A stretch of 64,000 bases of DNA from TPA_inf: Saccharomyces (lineage: Eukaryota), in assembly GCA_000146045.2 (NCBI GenBank), contig BK006937.2:252621-316620 (forward strand), read 5' to 3'. Made by a program: the position numbers and the translations under genes. Shown here one piece after another: positions 46,598 through 58,337 of the stretch. Below the pieces are notes generated by a model. That model was not told where the DNA came from, ran no database searches, and saw only the letters and a list, made by a program, of their open reading frames with translations. Numbering within the stretch: the first letter of the stretch is position 1; each line of letters starts with the position of its first letter.

Positions 46598-48211
46598 CTT
46601 TTTTTAATTTATCTTGGCAAAACGTGGGGCTGGAACTTTTGAAACGCACTGCAACATCTGTGGCTGTACAGTCAAGAAAAGTAAGTACTCATCGTCATGC
46701 TCTAATGTGTATATGGTATTTGTGGTGCAGACACCATTAGAAGTATAGTTCACGAAATGATGACACGATAGCATGTGCTTTTCGACGGCTGATAACCTTG
46801 TATTCTCTTATTTTTGTATTCTTTTCGTAAGCGGCATTTGTTTGCAGAACCTTATCGCAGATATCGATAAACATTTGTTGACAATTCTTTTTCGCTCCCC
46901 TTCTTTTTGTTTATCTTCGTTATATTCAATAGTCTACATACACTAACCGTTGAATTGTTGCAAACAAATACTAATAAAAATCTATATATAGTAAATTGAA
47001 GATGTACTGATCAGTCTATCATTGTTTAGTGCACCCAGACTCGAATCTTAAATACCACTTTACACACCTACTAAATTTTGTCCTCACAAAATGAAGACAG
47101 GATTCAAAACCGATTAATAGTAGCAGAAACTAAAAAAGTACGAATATTAGTAAAATTCATGTTCTTGAATCGAGCTACTATCTTTGTCGGGAGGGTAAAC
47201 GATTATAACTCAAAATGACTGGAACTGGTGATTATTAATTTTTACGTTTCCTGTGCCAATAAGCGGAAGATAAGAGGATAGAAGAAAAGAAAGGCGGCAC
47301 TTGGCGAACTACAATGGCGATTATATTCATGGCGATTATATTCATACAAAGGTAATGGAGGCCTCGGATAATGGACAATATTGAGAAAATCCTTATGCTT
47401 ACTTCTCTTAATAAAAAATAGACACAGCCATTTATTATGCGTAAAAAAGATTACCCACTTGTCTTCGATGCGTGCTGCTGCCAATCAACCTTTTGAGCGG
47501 AACTTCGAGCTCGCAATGCGTCTGGAATGTTGCTAGAGACAGTCTTGGTTATCTGTGACATGTGTTTCGTTCAGGCGTGTGAGCATCTTCTTGTTCGATT
47601 TCAAAATTACCGCCTTGACTCGTGAAACTGGATAATTCGTTGGCGTTTTCATATAAGTCGTCTGATGGCGAAAACTTTTCCTTTACTTAGCATACAGCAA
47701 ATATCCCCATTTGACGGATTTTTGAAAAATGAGCCCGCTAACCCAGAATGAACTGCATTACCAAGCATTTATGTAAACGTTCCGCCACCATCTTTGGTAA
47801 GGTATACTATTATGTTCTGGATTTAAGGTTGATTCACAATTTTTCATCACCAAAATCTGGTGGCATGCCTAGTTGTCTGGTTTCAGGCAATTTAGCCATC
47901 ATAGAAAAGCATCCTCTGTCTTGAGTTGAGAAAATGTTACTCATAGAGCCAAACAAATAAACCCTGGAATTAAAATATAGTTTAAACACAACTTCATATT
48001 ACACTGTAAATACATATCACAATAATAAATTAACGAAATAGTAAGACCTTATGTTTCTATATGACATCAGTCCCGAATAGTGTCAATTTTTTGTCGTCAG
48101 TGTCGAACATTTTTACTGTTTATTCATCATATCGTGAGGTATGTAGGCATCTTCTATTGACTTAAGCATGATAAAAGATTCACCCAAAACTGTATCGAAA
48201 TATTGATAAAA

Positions 48212-50482
48212 TTAAATTTCAAAGTCAAACTTGTTTTCAATGGTTGCTATTTTCTTACCATTCGAGCTCTCCCTCAGGATTTTTTCACATGGAATGTTCA
48301 TGGCCTCAATTTCCATGGGCTTTTTGCATTTATCTCCTTTAATTAATTGTAATGGCTCTAATGATACAGTTTCGCCATTAGCTTTGTCACATATATCGGA
48401 AAGGGCAATCTGATCATAATCTGGTATACAGTCACCCTTTGCATCTCTAACAAATTCAGAAGAGCATTCGTAGTCGGATTCAGTACAACTGTCACAAGGT
48501 ATTTCATGCAAAATCATATCTTTGAATGTCCTTTTTACCAAACAACGGGCGTCCTGTTTCCTCCTTTTATACATGTATTTGGCGCCATTAAGGCATTTCC
48601 CATCTGCCAAATTCCAGTCTTCGAAATCTTCCTCTTCACACGTTTTATAGTCAAAATGCAGCAGAAAAATCGATCGCATACAGGACACTTCTTGCAATAT
48701 ATGAGATGTTGGTGTTGTTTCCTTCTTGACTAGCCGTAGTAATGAGATGTCCGCTTAAAATAAATTTTGAGCCTGATCCATCTGGCGTTGTATTAATCAA
48801 CTCTAATGGATGGATATAAAATAAAGCGTCAACAAGCTCATATTGATTCCATGTTCTACCTTGGTCCAAGGAAAAATAAAGTTTGGATTGTACATCACCA
48901 TCTTTATATGAAGGAGACGGGATATATACAATAATATTTCCCAGATCACCAGTAGCATATAATCCAGAAGAATTATGGGCCACCCTCCATGTTAGACCAC
49001 CGTCTCTAGAAATGAAAGTTTTTCGGTCCTTCCGATCGAATTCATTGTCATCGCCAACAGAACCTGTCATTAATATGATCCCAGCAGAAGGATTTGAAAG
49101 TTTTAGATTGTAAAAATAACCCTGAAGTGAACATCTCTCAGGCCTAGTGATATCACAGCCGAACGAATCGGCATTTTCTTCATCAACAACTTTCAAATTT
49201 GACCATGTGAGGCCGTTATCAACGGATATTTTGGTTTCTCCTCCGGCTATATTTTCAGTATAGTTTACTTGGTGATTAGAATAGTCAATGGAAGGATGAA
49301 ACGATCCAAATATTGTCCCTTTCAAGAAATCAGGAAAAGTGAGCCTAAAATTTCCAAACTGATGGTTTGGTGTCCATTCAACAGGTGAGAATTTCAACCC
49401 TTGCGAATCTGATATGAAAATCTCTGAGAGATCTGGATCAGCATTTTCCTCATTTGTGATTTCTGTCGATATAAGAAGGATGATCCTTCCGATAGAATCT
49501 TCACGAATTTTAATCACTTTGACGTGCCGTAATTGAGTAGGCAGCTGTGCCTTTTGAAAAGTAGATGCATCATTGGATATCCAGATGTCCGTAGATGACA
49601 TCTCGTTATGCCCGTCATCTTGCGTTAAAACGACCACATATGACTTCAATATCTTGTATTGAGTAACAATCTTATCTTTAAATTCATCAAAATCTTTAAA
49701 CGTTTTGCCTCCATCACTACTGAAAGCCAACTGTGTGTAGGTAGCAGTTAAGCGATATTCTTCATCGTATTCACGGTTAGAGAACAAACAGAGTATCGAA
49801 GTATCATTACCAGTAAAGTCAGAATCCTTGCTAGACTTAATGAAATGACAGCTTTAAGTTGTTATATCGTCGTCTTTTTTCTTTTCCAAGGAAGGTTTAA
49901 TTTTAAAAAAGGATTCCCATCATTGCTCAAGTAAATTTCACTTGGGTCATATAAAACGTCTGCGTCTATCATATAGCTATAGCAATTCGCAATAAGAAGT
50001 TCTTTGTTTCTAGGATGAGTAGTTATAAAACAGTCGCCATCTAAATATTCTTCTGATGAGGGTATAGTTAAAGCCCTCCATGACTCCCCACGGTCGTCGG
50101 TAATGTAGAATTTGGGTGATTCACATATAAAAGCGAAACCTCTTTCCTGTCCATGGAAAGGATCAACAGTAAATCTGAAAATGCGCTCTTCAATTTCTTT
50201 GACCGTTTCCCAATTTTCTCCAGCGTCGAAACTTATCCATACAACCCCCCAACCATCTAATCTGATAGAAGTGTTGGAATCATCAAAACTCACTAGATTA
50301 AATGATGTTTCTATAGGAGCCTCCGTTACTTTTGGGACAAATTTCTCTGCATTGAGTAGCGGAAGTAGTATAATTACCCAAAGAGTATATATGGCATGAA
50401 GTAATATCATAATTGAGGATCTCTTACCTTTTCTTAGTTCAAAGTTTTTTTTCAAAGCTCGGAACTTTATGCTACAATTCAA
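48212..50482 (-). pseudogene. Fragmented N-terminal half of a VPS10/VTH-family sorting receptor, as three consecutive same-strand ORFs (YCR099C, YCR100C, YCR101C)
   Basis: ORFs at 49862-50482 (signal peptide and first BNR/Asp-box region), 48651-49787 and 48212-48697 are adjacent and collinear on the minus strand, separated by a frameshift or stop. Together they cover only the first ~740 aa of a Vps10-type lumenal domain (normally >1500 aa). Confidence 0.7.
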
Positions 50483-51740
50483 TGACTAAAAAAAAGGTAG
50501 CGGATAATCTTTTGGTTGCAAATTGGCGGCATTTAAATATATTTTGGGTTGCAAGTATTCTAAAAATATTCTCATAATATTCTAAAAATATCCAGTCTAG
50601 GTAATTGCAATTATTTTGAGTCCGGTGACTTTGAGTTGACCATGTTCACTTCCTGTACAGCCATCAAGGTAACGTGTTTACCATCTAATGGAGAAAACCA
50701 AGAGATAAGACTAGAAACCTAGTTAGGATACTTGGATTTGCTAATGTCGCCAGTAGTACGATAATACCATAAAGATACGCTGTTGAACCTGATTTGTATA
50801 TTTAAAGAATGGGAATCTTTAAGGGATCATAGTCTAGAATGGTATTCTGCAGAATAGATTTTAAATGGTGAAAACTTTCCCTCACTATGTCCAATTGATG
50901 CTTTTTAGGATGACGTTAGAATTTTATTCTGGTGAAGGCACTTTTAATATGAAGATTCGTTGAAGTATCAATAACCTTTTATTGGCATACCCTTACCTAA
51001 CTGGTCTCTCTCACCTCGTGATGTTACGAACGCCACGATTATTCTCAAACTAGGTAAAGATTTTTTCTTCAAAATTAGTGGGAAAGACTCGACAGACCCG
51101 CTTACCAGGTATTCTTTCTAAACAATAGGGTTTACCAGTACCCCTGAAAATGATAATGCCCATGTGCGGCTGATCGCGTTAACTACGTATGCAGTTGAAT
51201 CAAAGCCATACCACAGAAAATGGTACAAGAGCCCACTGGATAGAATAGTGCTGGCTATCAAACCAATATTTTCTTTCCAGCTCTTGGGGGACCTCTACTG
51301 CGTTATATCGTAGTTTCCATTCAGCCTGCTTATCGCCTTAGGAAAAGGGAATGTAAGAGGCAGAAAAGTGCGGCGCAATCGTTCGGACAGCGAGCCGCTA
51401 TTATAGGTAAGAATTCTTAAAGAGCTTCGCCGGATATTATTACAGTGTATTAAATTTCGCCAAGTCTTTGCCAATGGAAATAGGTGCATAATTTTATGTG
51501 CTTGGTACATATGAGTTCAATAGATATGTAGTAGTTGGATAGTAGATAGTAAGGATATATAATCATGGAAGGGTGACGCACAACAAATCACATAATGAGT
51601 TATGATTTTCACTGTTCTCATCTGTTTCCCCTACAAGGCGTGATCAATAACAAACAATTTCATTAAAAAAAAAAAAACCAAGTCACTCTAACATACGTAA
51701 TAACTGTGTATACAAAAGAAAAATAATATCTGTTCGTCAT

Positions 51741-52847
51741 CTAGTTTAATACGGCAACTAGTTTTTCACCAGAGTTCTTACCGATTTTAATGTCTTCCAG
51801 GATACGAGGAACATCGTAAAGCCCGTTCTTATAGACCCTTGCTGGAATATGGTGAATTTGCCCATCACTAATCTTTGGATTGATGAACTTGACGAATTCG
51901 GTGGCAGCTCTCCTGGCTTCTGGGTCAGCAGGGAAAGTAATGCCACCAAATGGTACTTCATGGCCGCCTATTGAATACAGTCTTGTTCTGTCAATAGTGA
52001 CATTTTGCCTCCTATTCTCCTTTTTGACGTTTTCTTCTGTCAAATTAGTTAATTCGACAACGGTAGCATCCTGTTTATCGGCCGCACATTTGTACACTTG
52101 TTGAAGCGTATTTTGATTCGCGACACAGTCGACTAAATACGAGATATTGTTGTACTTGTGTTTAATTTGTTCTACCACGTCAATATCATGGTAATCAAAT
52201 AGTTGATCAGCACCATATTCTTTCAACAGTTTTTCGTGTTTCCGAGAAGCCACAACAATGATCTTGGTGAAGCCATTCAATTTATTGGCTAATTGGATGA
52301 GCGACTGACCTACTGCAGTTGCACCGCCCCATAATAAGATGGGGCCGTTTCTTTGTGGGGTTGATGGCTCCCACTTCAGGTTCAAGCCCAAGTTATAGGT
52401 CAACACCAAGCCAGCTGTGGTCAGTGACACTGGGATAGTGGCTGCCCCTTCCAAAGACCTGACAGGGCCGGCAGGTAGAACATCTTCACCCAAAAATTTG
52501 AGTTCATTGGGTGATTTGTAGGCAACCACAGTTGAAATAGCAGAATATTCAGCAAAAGCACCATTGGAAGGAAACCTTACGGAAGATCCGTGAATGAACC
52601 CATAAATATAATCACCAATAGAAAAGTCTTTAGGATCGACGGCTGGGCCCAATTTGACAATTTGGCCGGCAGCGTCACATCCCAGAATAGATCCTTGAGG
52701 CCCGACCTTGTAGTCAATGTGTGCCCAATCAGTCGGGTTACCAGCAACAGCGAGTGTCTTAATCAATACGAATCCTTCTTCCAATTCAGGAATGGGAACG
52801 CCCTCTTTGACAACCGCTTTACCGTCTTCAATGACGACAGCCTTCAT
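51741..52847 (-). CDS. Zeta-crystallin/quinone-oxidoreductase-like medium-chain dehydrogenase (YCR102C)
   Basis: 368-aa ORF with the MDR fold, a Rossmann GGATAVGQ motif and paralogy to subtelomeric YLR460C and YNL134C. Confidence 0.8.
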   Translation of the reverse strand: MKAVVIEDGKAVVKEGVPIPELEEGFVLIKTLAVAGNPTDWAHIDYKVGPQGSILGCDAAGQIVKLGPAVDPKDFSIGDYIYGFIHGSSVRFPSNGAFAEYSAISTVVAYKSPNELKFLGEDVLPAGPVRSLEGAATIPVSLTTAGLVLTYNLGLNLKWEPSTPQRNGPILLWGGATAVGQSLIQLANKLNGFTKIIVVASRKHEKLLKEYGADQLFDYHDIDVVEQIKHKYNNISYLVDCVANQNTLQQVYKCAADKQDATVVELTNLTEENVKKENRRQNVTIDRTRLYSIGGHEVPFGGITFPADPEARRAATEFVKFINPKISDGQIHHIPARVYKNGLYDVPRILEDIKIGKNSGEKLVAVLN

Positions 52848-53031
52848 GGTTTCTGGAATTGCAACTTGCCTGTTTGTAGGTTATATGTAATTGTCGTTGA
52901 TAATCTGTATTCAGCTTGCCATTTTATAGAATATGGTTAGAAGGATCTTAAGCTAGATAAAGAAAAAGAAAAAAATAGAAAAAAGCCTGCCCGCTTTATA
53001 AGAACTTTTCTCAATATCTGTTGAGGAACAC

Positions 53032-53038
53032 TTAGTAA
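53032..53038. promoter_or_regulatory. Yap1-response-element-like TTAGTAA about 185 bp upstream of YCR102C
   Basis: An exact TTAGTAA heptamer in the promoter of an oxidative-stress-type oxidoreductase gene. Confidence 0.35.
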
Positions 53039-55180
53039 TATTGTCTATCATGGTTGCTTTATTCTTGGTGATATTACTCTCTGGGATTCGATGTGTTCTC
53101 ATCATCTGAAGGGTTTCCTATGTGTTGAAAGCCTATCCCACTAGACGGAGCCGCGCGCCAGCCGGGCGGATCCGAGACATCTTAGTCAGCTGAGACAAGA
53201 AAGGCACAGCTCTCGGACAGGAACTGCTGTCATATGAAAACCTAAAAATGTTTCCTGGAAATTCCATGACTGCGCAAAGTTTGATACGTTTATTGTTCTT
53301 CTCTACTACCGCACTTTCTATCTCGGAAACCTTTCAACTGAATGAACTATTGTTAATTGTATGGCGTGTGGCCTTGCTATTTCAGCAAATTTAGAGTAAA
53401 GTAAACTCCGTCGGACCAGTATAGTAACGAAACAAGCCATTGATTCTGCAGCATATTGCGACCAAAACCTGGAAATTGGTGGCTATGAGTTTTAATTTAT
53501 AATTATATGAAGACAAAGCTTGGAATGCTGAGTACTTTTTCTTCAATGCTGCTCACTGCCCAGAAGCGTTCAGAACAACTCTACTGGAGCCATTCTGCTT
53601 GAAGGAGGATAAAAATGCCAAGATCAAGTCTTTTAAAGACTCTATCCCTTTTCATCGGAAAAGCACTACAAGTTTATTCTACAGAAGTGGACAAACTGTG
53701 GAACTTGATCCATACTGAGTAAGTATGGAAGACTGTTAACTTGGAGGATTTTTCTCTGCTTTCTAAAGAAGGTTCACTGCTTTACACTCACCTAGGTTCT
53801 CATGAGTATTGCTAGCTAGTGCGAGTTTGATCTATACTTCACAGACTTTTAACACCCCGTTCTTTAAGTTTTCCCTGATTATCAAGCGGATTTCCAATTC
53901 TTATTCCCCACTATCGCACCTTTCTTATCTGAATTGTATTTTTGAGTGGCCTAACTGTAATCTTTTATTTTGTTTTCTAATTATTGAAGGCGGTTTCTCG
54001 AAACATTTCACGATTTCCAAAATTCAAGAATTGAAATTATGAACATAGAAGACAAAATGCCTTTTTTATCAACTATTATGAATTCTCTAGAAAGTGGTTG
54101 CAAAGGAAATAAATATGTATTTGCTGAGAGGAAAAGTTTGGAAGAACAAAAAGTATTTCTTTGATGGAGCTGATTATCAAGCATTCTTTACGGGGAGCTT
54201 TCGAAATTTTTTATATTCAAGGACATTTATGTTGTGTGGGTTATTAAACGTGGGACTTTGGAAATACATCCAAGAAGCACAATTGAGCTCTAACGATGAA
54301 CCGTTACCATAAAGATAGAGACATTTCTTTTGACTTAGAAGCTACATGGAGTACCAACTATTAATACACCTCTCCTAGAGAACATTTTTAAAATAGAATA
54401 AAATAAAGTAGCGCTCTCAACTACCCTTACACTTTTTTCCTTCATATCTGGCTAGAAAAGAGGGATTACATCTCGGAATCAAAGTTTTAATACTGCTACT
54501 ACGAACTGGTTACAATTCTATTTTTATCATACACGATACTTTGAACATCAACTTCTCTCAATACCATCCGCCTTCAGCGGCTACAATTACGTAATTGCAC
54601 CAAGGCATTCGCCGAGAGTTTACATATTTGCAGACCCTAACAGTATACGACTCCCAACACACGTTTAATGTTGTACGAATTCAAGAGATGGAAATATTTC
54701 TTCCGCGGAAGCCGTTTAAAGCAGACTGAATTTAGGCTTAGACAATAAGCTTCTGAACGAGGGTCCAAATCTAAAATTCGGATATTCTTTTTGACCGAAA
54801 GCGGAAACTTCACAGGCGCGCGTAAAAGGGTTTTTCAAGGCACCCCGGCACCCCTATAATTGGCATTCCCACATTCTGCGCATACGAATACACATGAGTG
54901 CCATAAAACAATACTCCACATACGAAACCTATGAAAGATGTATGATTCGTTCAGAAACAAGAGCATCTCCATAGAGATAATGAGATTGTGTGAAAGATGA
55001 GATATGGAGGATATGTGAGGTGCTAAATGAGCGTCTGTTAACGAATCGTTTAAGTAGTGATGACAGATGGAGGAACGGGTATAAATAGAGCTGCTTCAAC
55101 TATATGCCTTTGAGGTATGCGCTTTCATTTCACTATTTCTTGTTAAGATTACATCAGCACTAACAAACAAAACAAATACA

Positions 55181-55555
55181 ATGGTCAAATTAACTTCAAT
55201 CGCTGCTGGTGTTGCCGCCATCGCTGCCGGTATTGCCGCTGCCCCAGCCACTACCACTCTATCTCCATCTGACGAAAGGGTCAACTTGGTCGAATTGGGT
55301 GTTTACGTCTCCGATATCAGAGCTCATTTGGCTCAATACTACTTGTTTCAAGCAGCTCATCCAACTGAGACCTACCCAGTTGAGATTGCTGAAGCTGTTT
55401 TCAACTATGGTGACTTCACCACTATGTTGACTGGTATTCCAGCTGAACAAGTCACCAGAGTCATCACTGGTGTCCCATGGTACTCCACTAGATTGAGACC
55501 AGCCATCTCCAGTGCTCTATCTAAGGACGGTATCTACACTGCTATTCCAAAATAG
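55181..55555 (+). CDS. PAU3: Seripauperin (PAU family) cell-wall protein
   Basis: 124-aa [20 protein letters not shown]...[17 protein letters not shown]..., which is the PAU consensus. A TATA box tataaatag lies at about 55083. Confidence 0.85.
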   Translation: MVKLTSIAAGVAAIAAGIAAAPATTTLSPSDERVNLVELGVYVSDIRAHLAQYYLFQAAHPTETYPVEIAEAVFNYGDFTTMLTGIPAEQVTRVITGVPWYSTRLRPAISSALSKDGIYTAIPK

Positions 55556-56258
55556 AGACATGCCTTTACTAATGAACTTCCATAGACATTGAAAAATAAC
55601 GAAAGAATAAAAAAAAAATCTTTTTTTTTTTTTGATATAAATACAGTTGACTATATAAACATATATCAATACTATAAGCCTATATTTGATCAAGACGACA
55701 TTATTTAGGTGCATCAACAACGGAAAAGAAACTTTCTTCTAGGCTATCCTTCTGGGGAAGCAGTTGAAAGTGCTATCCAGTATTATTGCATATATTCTTA
55801 ATGAGTAGTGCTGAAGTTTGATACGTTTGGCTCTGTTGCTTTTATTTCTCCCACGAAAATAAATTGATTTCTTTATTTTTCAGTGTGTTGGCCCGGAGTT
55901 GTTTACACACATGTCTCTTTTTGGATTAATGCTGTAGATCAGGGACTATGCGAGCGACAAGTCAGAGTAACCATATTGAATTTTCGTCTCCTGTTATACG
56001 AATATTTGCATTTCTGTGCCTACTTATGTGTGTATATGTTTTTATTAGTCAGAAAATGGAGTAAGTGTTAAAGTAAGGATAGTGTTAAGGAGGTAATAAC
56101 TAAAGATTTGTAGGATAAGGCGGTGTTATTTGTTGCAATTTTCTCAGGGGTGGAGTGGAAATGGTTTGATTCAATTATCAGTTAAGCAAGGAAGAGTTGA
56201 AGGGCGAACATTTGCAATAATCCCAATGTCATTTAATGCGGGTCGGCTGAGACGCTCA

Positions 56259-56285
56259 ATATTCGGCCGAAAAGTATCATTCGGC
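56259..56285 (+). promoter_or_regulatory. Direct repeat ATTCGGCCG ×2 (18-bp spacing) in the ADH7 promoter
   Basis: attcggccgaaaagtatcattcggccgcat lies about 170 bp upstream of the ADH7 ATG. The palindromic CGGCCG core suggests zinc-cluster half-sites. Confidence 0.3.
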
Positions 56286-56449
56286 CGCATAATAAAATGG
56301 AATAGAAGATAAAGCAGATGTCACTAATTGAGCACCAAAACTCTGAGTAGAAATTATATAAAGAAGCACGAACATGACCTGCTTTAGATGTTGCTTGATA
56401 TTATTGAAATAAAAAAAAACATAGAACCACTGAAAAATACAAAAAAAAA

Positions 56450-57535
56450 ATGCTTTACCCAGAAAAATTTCAGGGCATCGGTATTTCCAACGCAAAGGAT
56501 TGGAAGCATCCTAAATTAGTGAGTTTTGACCCAAAACCCTTTGGCGATCATGACGTTGATGTTGAAATTGAAGCCTGTGGTATCTGCGGATCTGATTTTC
56601 ATATAGCCGTTGGTAATTGGGGTCCAGTCCCAGAAAATCAAATCCTTGGACATGAAATAATTGGCCGCGTGGTGAAGGTTGGATCCAAGTGCCACACTGG
56701 GGTAAAAATCGGTGACCGTGTTGGTGTTGGTGCCCAAGCCTTGGCGTGTTTTGAGTGTGAACGTTGCAAAAGTGACAACGAGCAATACTGTACCAATGAC
56801 CACGTTTTGACTATGTGGACTCCTTACAAGGACGGCTACATTTCACAAGGAGGCTTTGCCTCCCACGTGAGGCTTCATGAACACTTTGCTATTCAAATAC
56901 CAGAAAATATTCCAAGTCCGCTAGCCGCTCCATTATTGTGTGGTGGTATTACAGTTTTCTCTCCACTACTAAGAAATGGCTGTGGTCCAGGTAAGAGGGT
57001 AGGTATTGTTGGCATCGGTGGTATTGGGCATATGGGGATTCTGTTGGCTAAAGCTATGGGAGCCGAGGTTTATGCGTTTTCGCGAGGCCACTCCAAGCGG
57101 GAGGATTCTATGAAACTCGGTGCTGATCACTATATTGCTATGTTGGAGGATAAAGGCTGGACAGAACAATACTCTAACGCTTTGGACCTTCTTGTCGTTT
57201 GCTCATCATCTTTGTCGAAAGTTAATTTTGACAGTATCGTTAAGATTATGAAGATTGGAGGCTCCATCGTTTCAATTGCTGCTCCTGAAGTTAATGAAAA
57301 GCTTGTTTTAAAACCGTTGGGCCTAATGGGAGTATCAATCTCAAGCAGTGCTATCGGATCTAGGAAGGAAATCGAACAACTATTGAAATTAGTTTCCGAA
57401 AAGAATGTCAAAATATGGGTGGAAAAACTTCCGATCAGCGAAGAAGGCGTCAGCCATGCCTTTACAAGGATGGAAAGCGGAGACGTCAAATACAGATTTA
57501 CTTTGGTCGATTATGATAAGAAATTCCATAAATAG
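56450..57535 (+). CDS. ADH7: NADPH-dependent medium-chain (cinnamyl-type) alcohol dehydrogenase
   Basis: 361-aa ORF with catalytic-Zn ligands (C..H), a structural Zn CxxCxxC...C motif (CFECERCKSDNEQYC) and a GIVGIGGIGH Rossmann motif. Confidence 0.85.
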   Translation: MLYPEKFQGIGISNAKDWKHPKLVSFDPKPFGDHDVDVEIEACGICGSDFHIAVGNWGPVPENQILGHEIIGRVVKVGSKCHTGVKIGDRVGVGAQALACFECERCKSDNEQYCTNDHVLTMWTPYKDGYISQGGFASHVRLHEHFAIQIPENIPSPLAAPLLCGGITVFSPLLRNGCGPGKRVGIVGIGGIGHMGILLAKAMGAEVYAFSRGHSKREDSMKLGADHYIAMLEDKGWTEQYSNALDLLVVCSSSLSKVNFDSIVKIMKIGGSIVSIAAPEVNEKLVLKPLGLMGVSISSSAIGSRKEIEQLLKLVSEKNVKIWVEKLPISEEGVSHAFTRMESGDVKYRFTLVDYDKKFHK

Positions 57536-58337
57536 TCTATATACGTAATATTTTTCAGAATCTCTTAAAATGCATGTCAAATCTCGGAATTTATCATGAC
57601 CCATTACATAACAAGAGAAAAGTGGTTTGCATTGTATGTATACCTTAAACCAATTCTTCGGTAGTCACATGACCTATATATAGGGACATTCATTTCTTGA
57701 ATAGGATATTTCTTAAACTTAAGGGAAATTTTGATGAAAATTTAGAATCTCTCGACAACAGTGCAGAGCAGTAAGTTTTATTCAATACGAAATGTGTGCA
57801 GGGTTTTACCCATTCATGTCGAGTACGTCTACATTTGTTCTGCGATTTAACTTAATACTTAGCCTACTCATATGTATCGAAGCCAAACTATTAAATCTGA
57901 AAACTGAATACCCATTAAGTAGGTACATTAATGCAATTTTCGTCCGAAAGGTAGAGTGTTAATCATGCTTTTACTTCGAAATCTAGAGTCCGAGCATGTC
58001 TGATGAGGTCCTCTTAAAGCACTTCAATTTTAAAAGAGAAGAGCGCAAATTTTTACAAAGAATGCCTATATTAATATACTGTGCTATCTAAGAGGATGGT
58101 TCAATGGTTTGAAATGAGTTGAAAAATAAAGATTTACATAGTAGCGTGTATTCTTCACATTTTTGCATTCGGTAGATTTTCTACTCAAGACCCGTGCAGA
58201 TCACTATTACACTCATTATTACAAGTCATTGAGAACGAAATTTTGACATCATTACTAATAATGTTACTCATTAATACTTTATTAATGTAAGCGGTAGATA
58301 AACAAATGAACATGAAATTGGCTGCTGAAATGCTCTG

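Noticed and set aside
53809-54312. Two 70-77-aa plus-strand ORFs in the YCR102C-PAU3 intergenic region
   Set aside because: They have no homology signals. The subtelomeric AT-rich intergenic region may host a dubious annotated ORF, but the sequence gives no support.
55566-55572. TTACTAA (Yap1-like) immediately after the PAU3 stop
   Set aside because: It is about 880 bp upstream of ADH7 and within the PAU3 3' region. It is too distant or ambiguous to call a functional promoter element.
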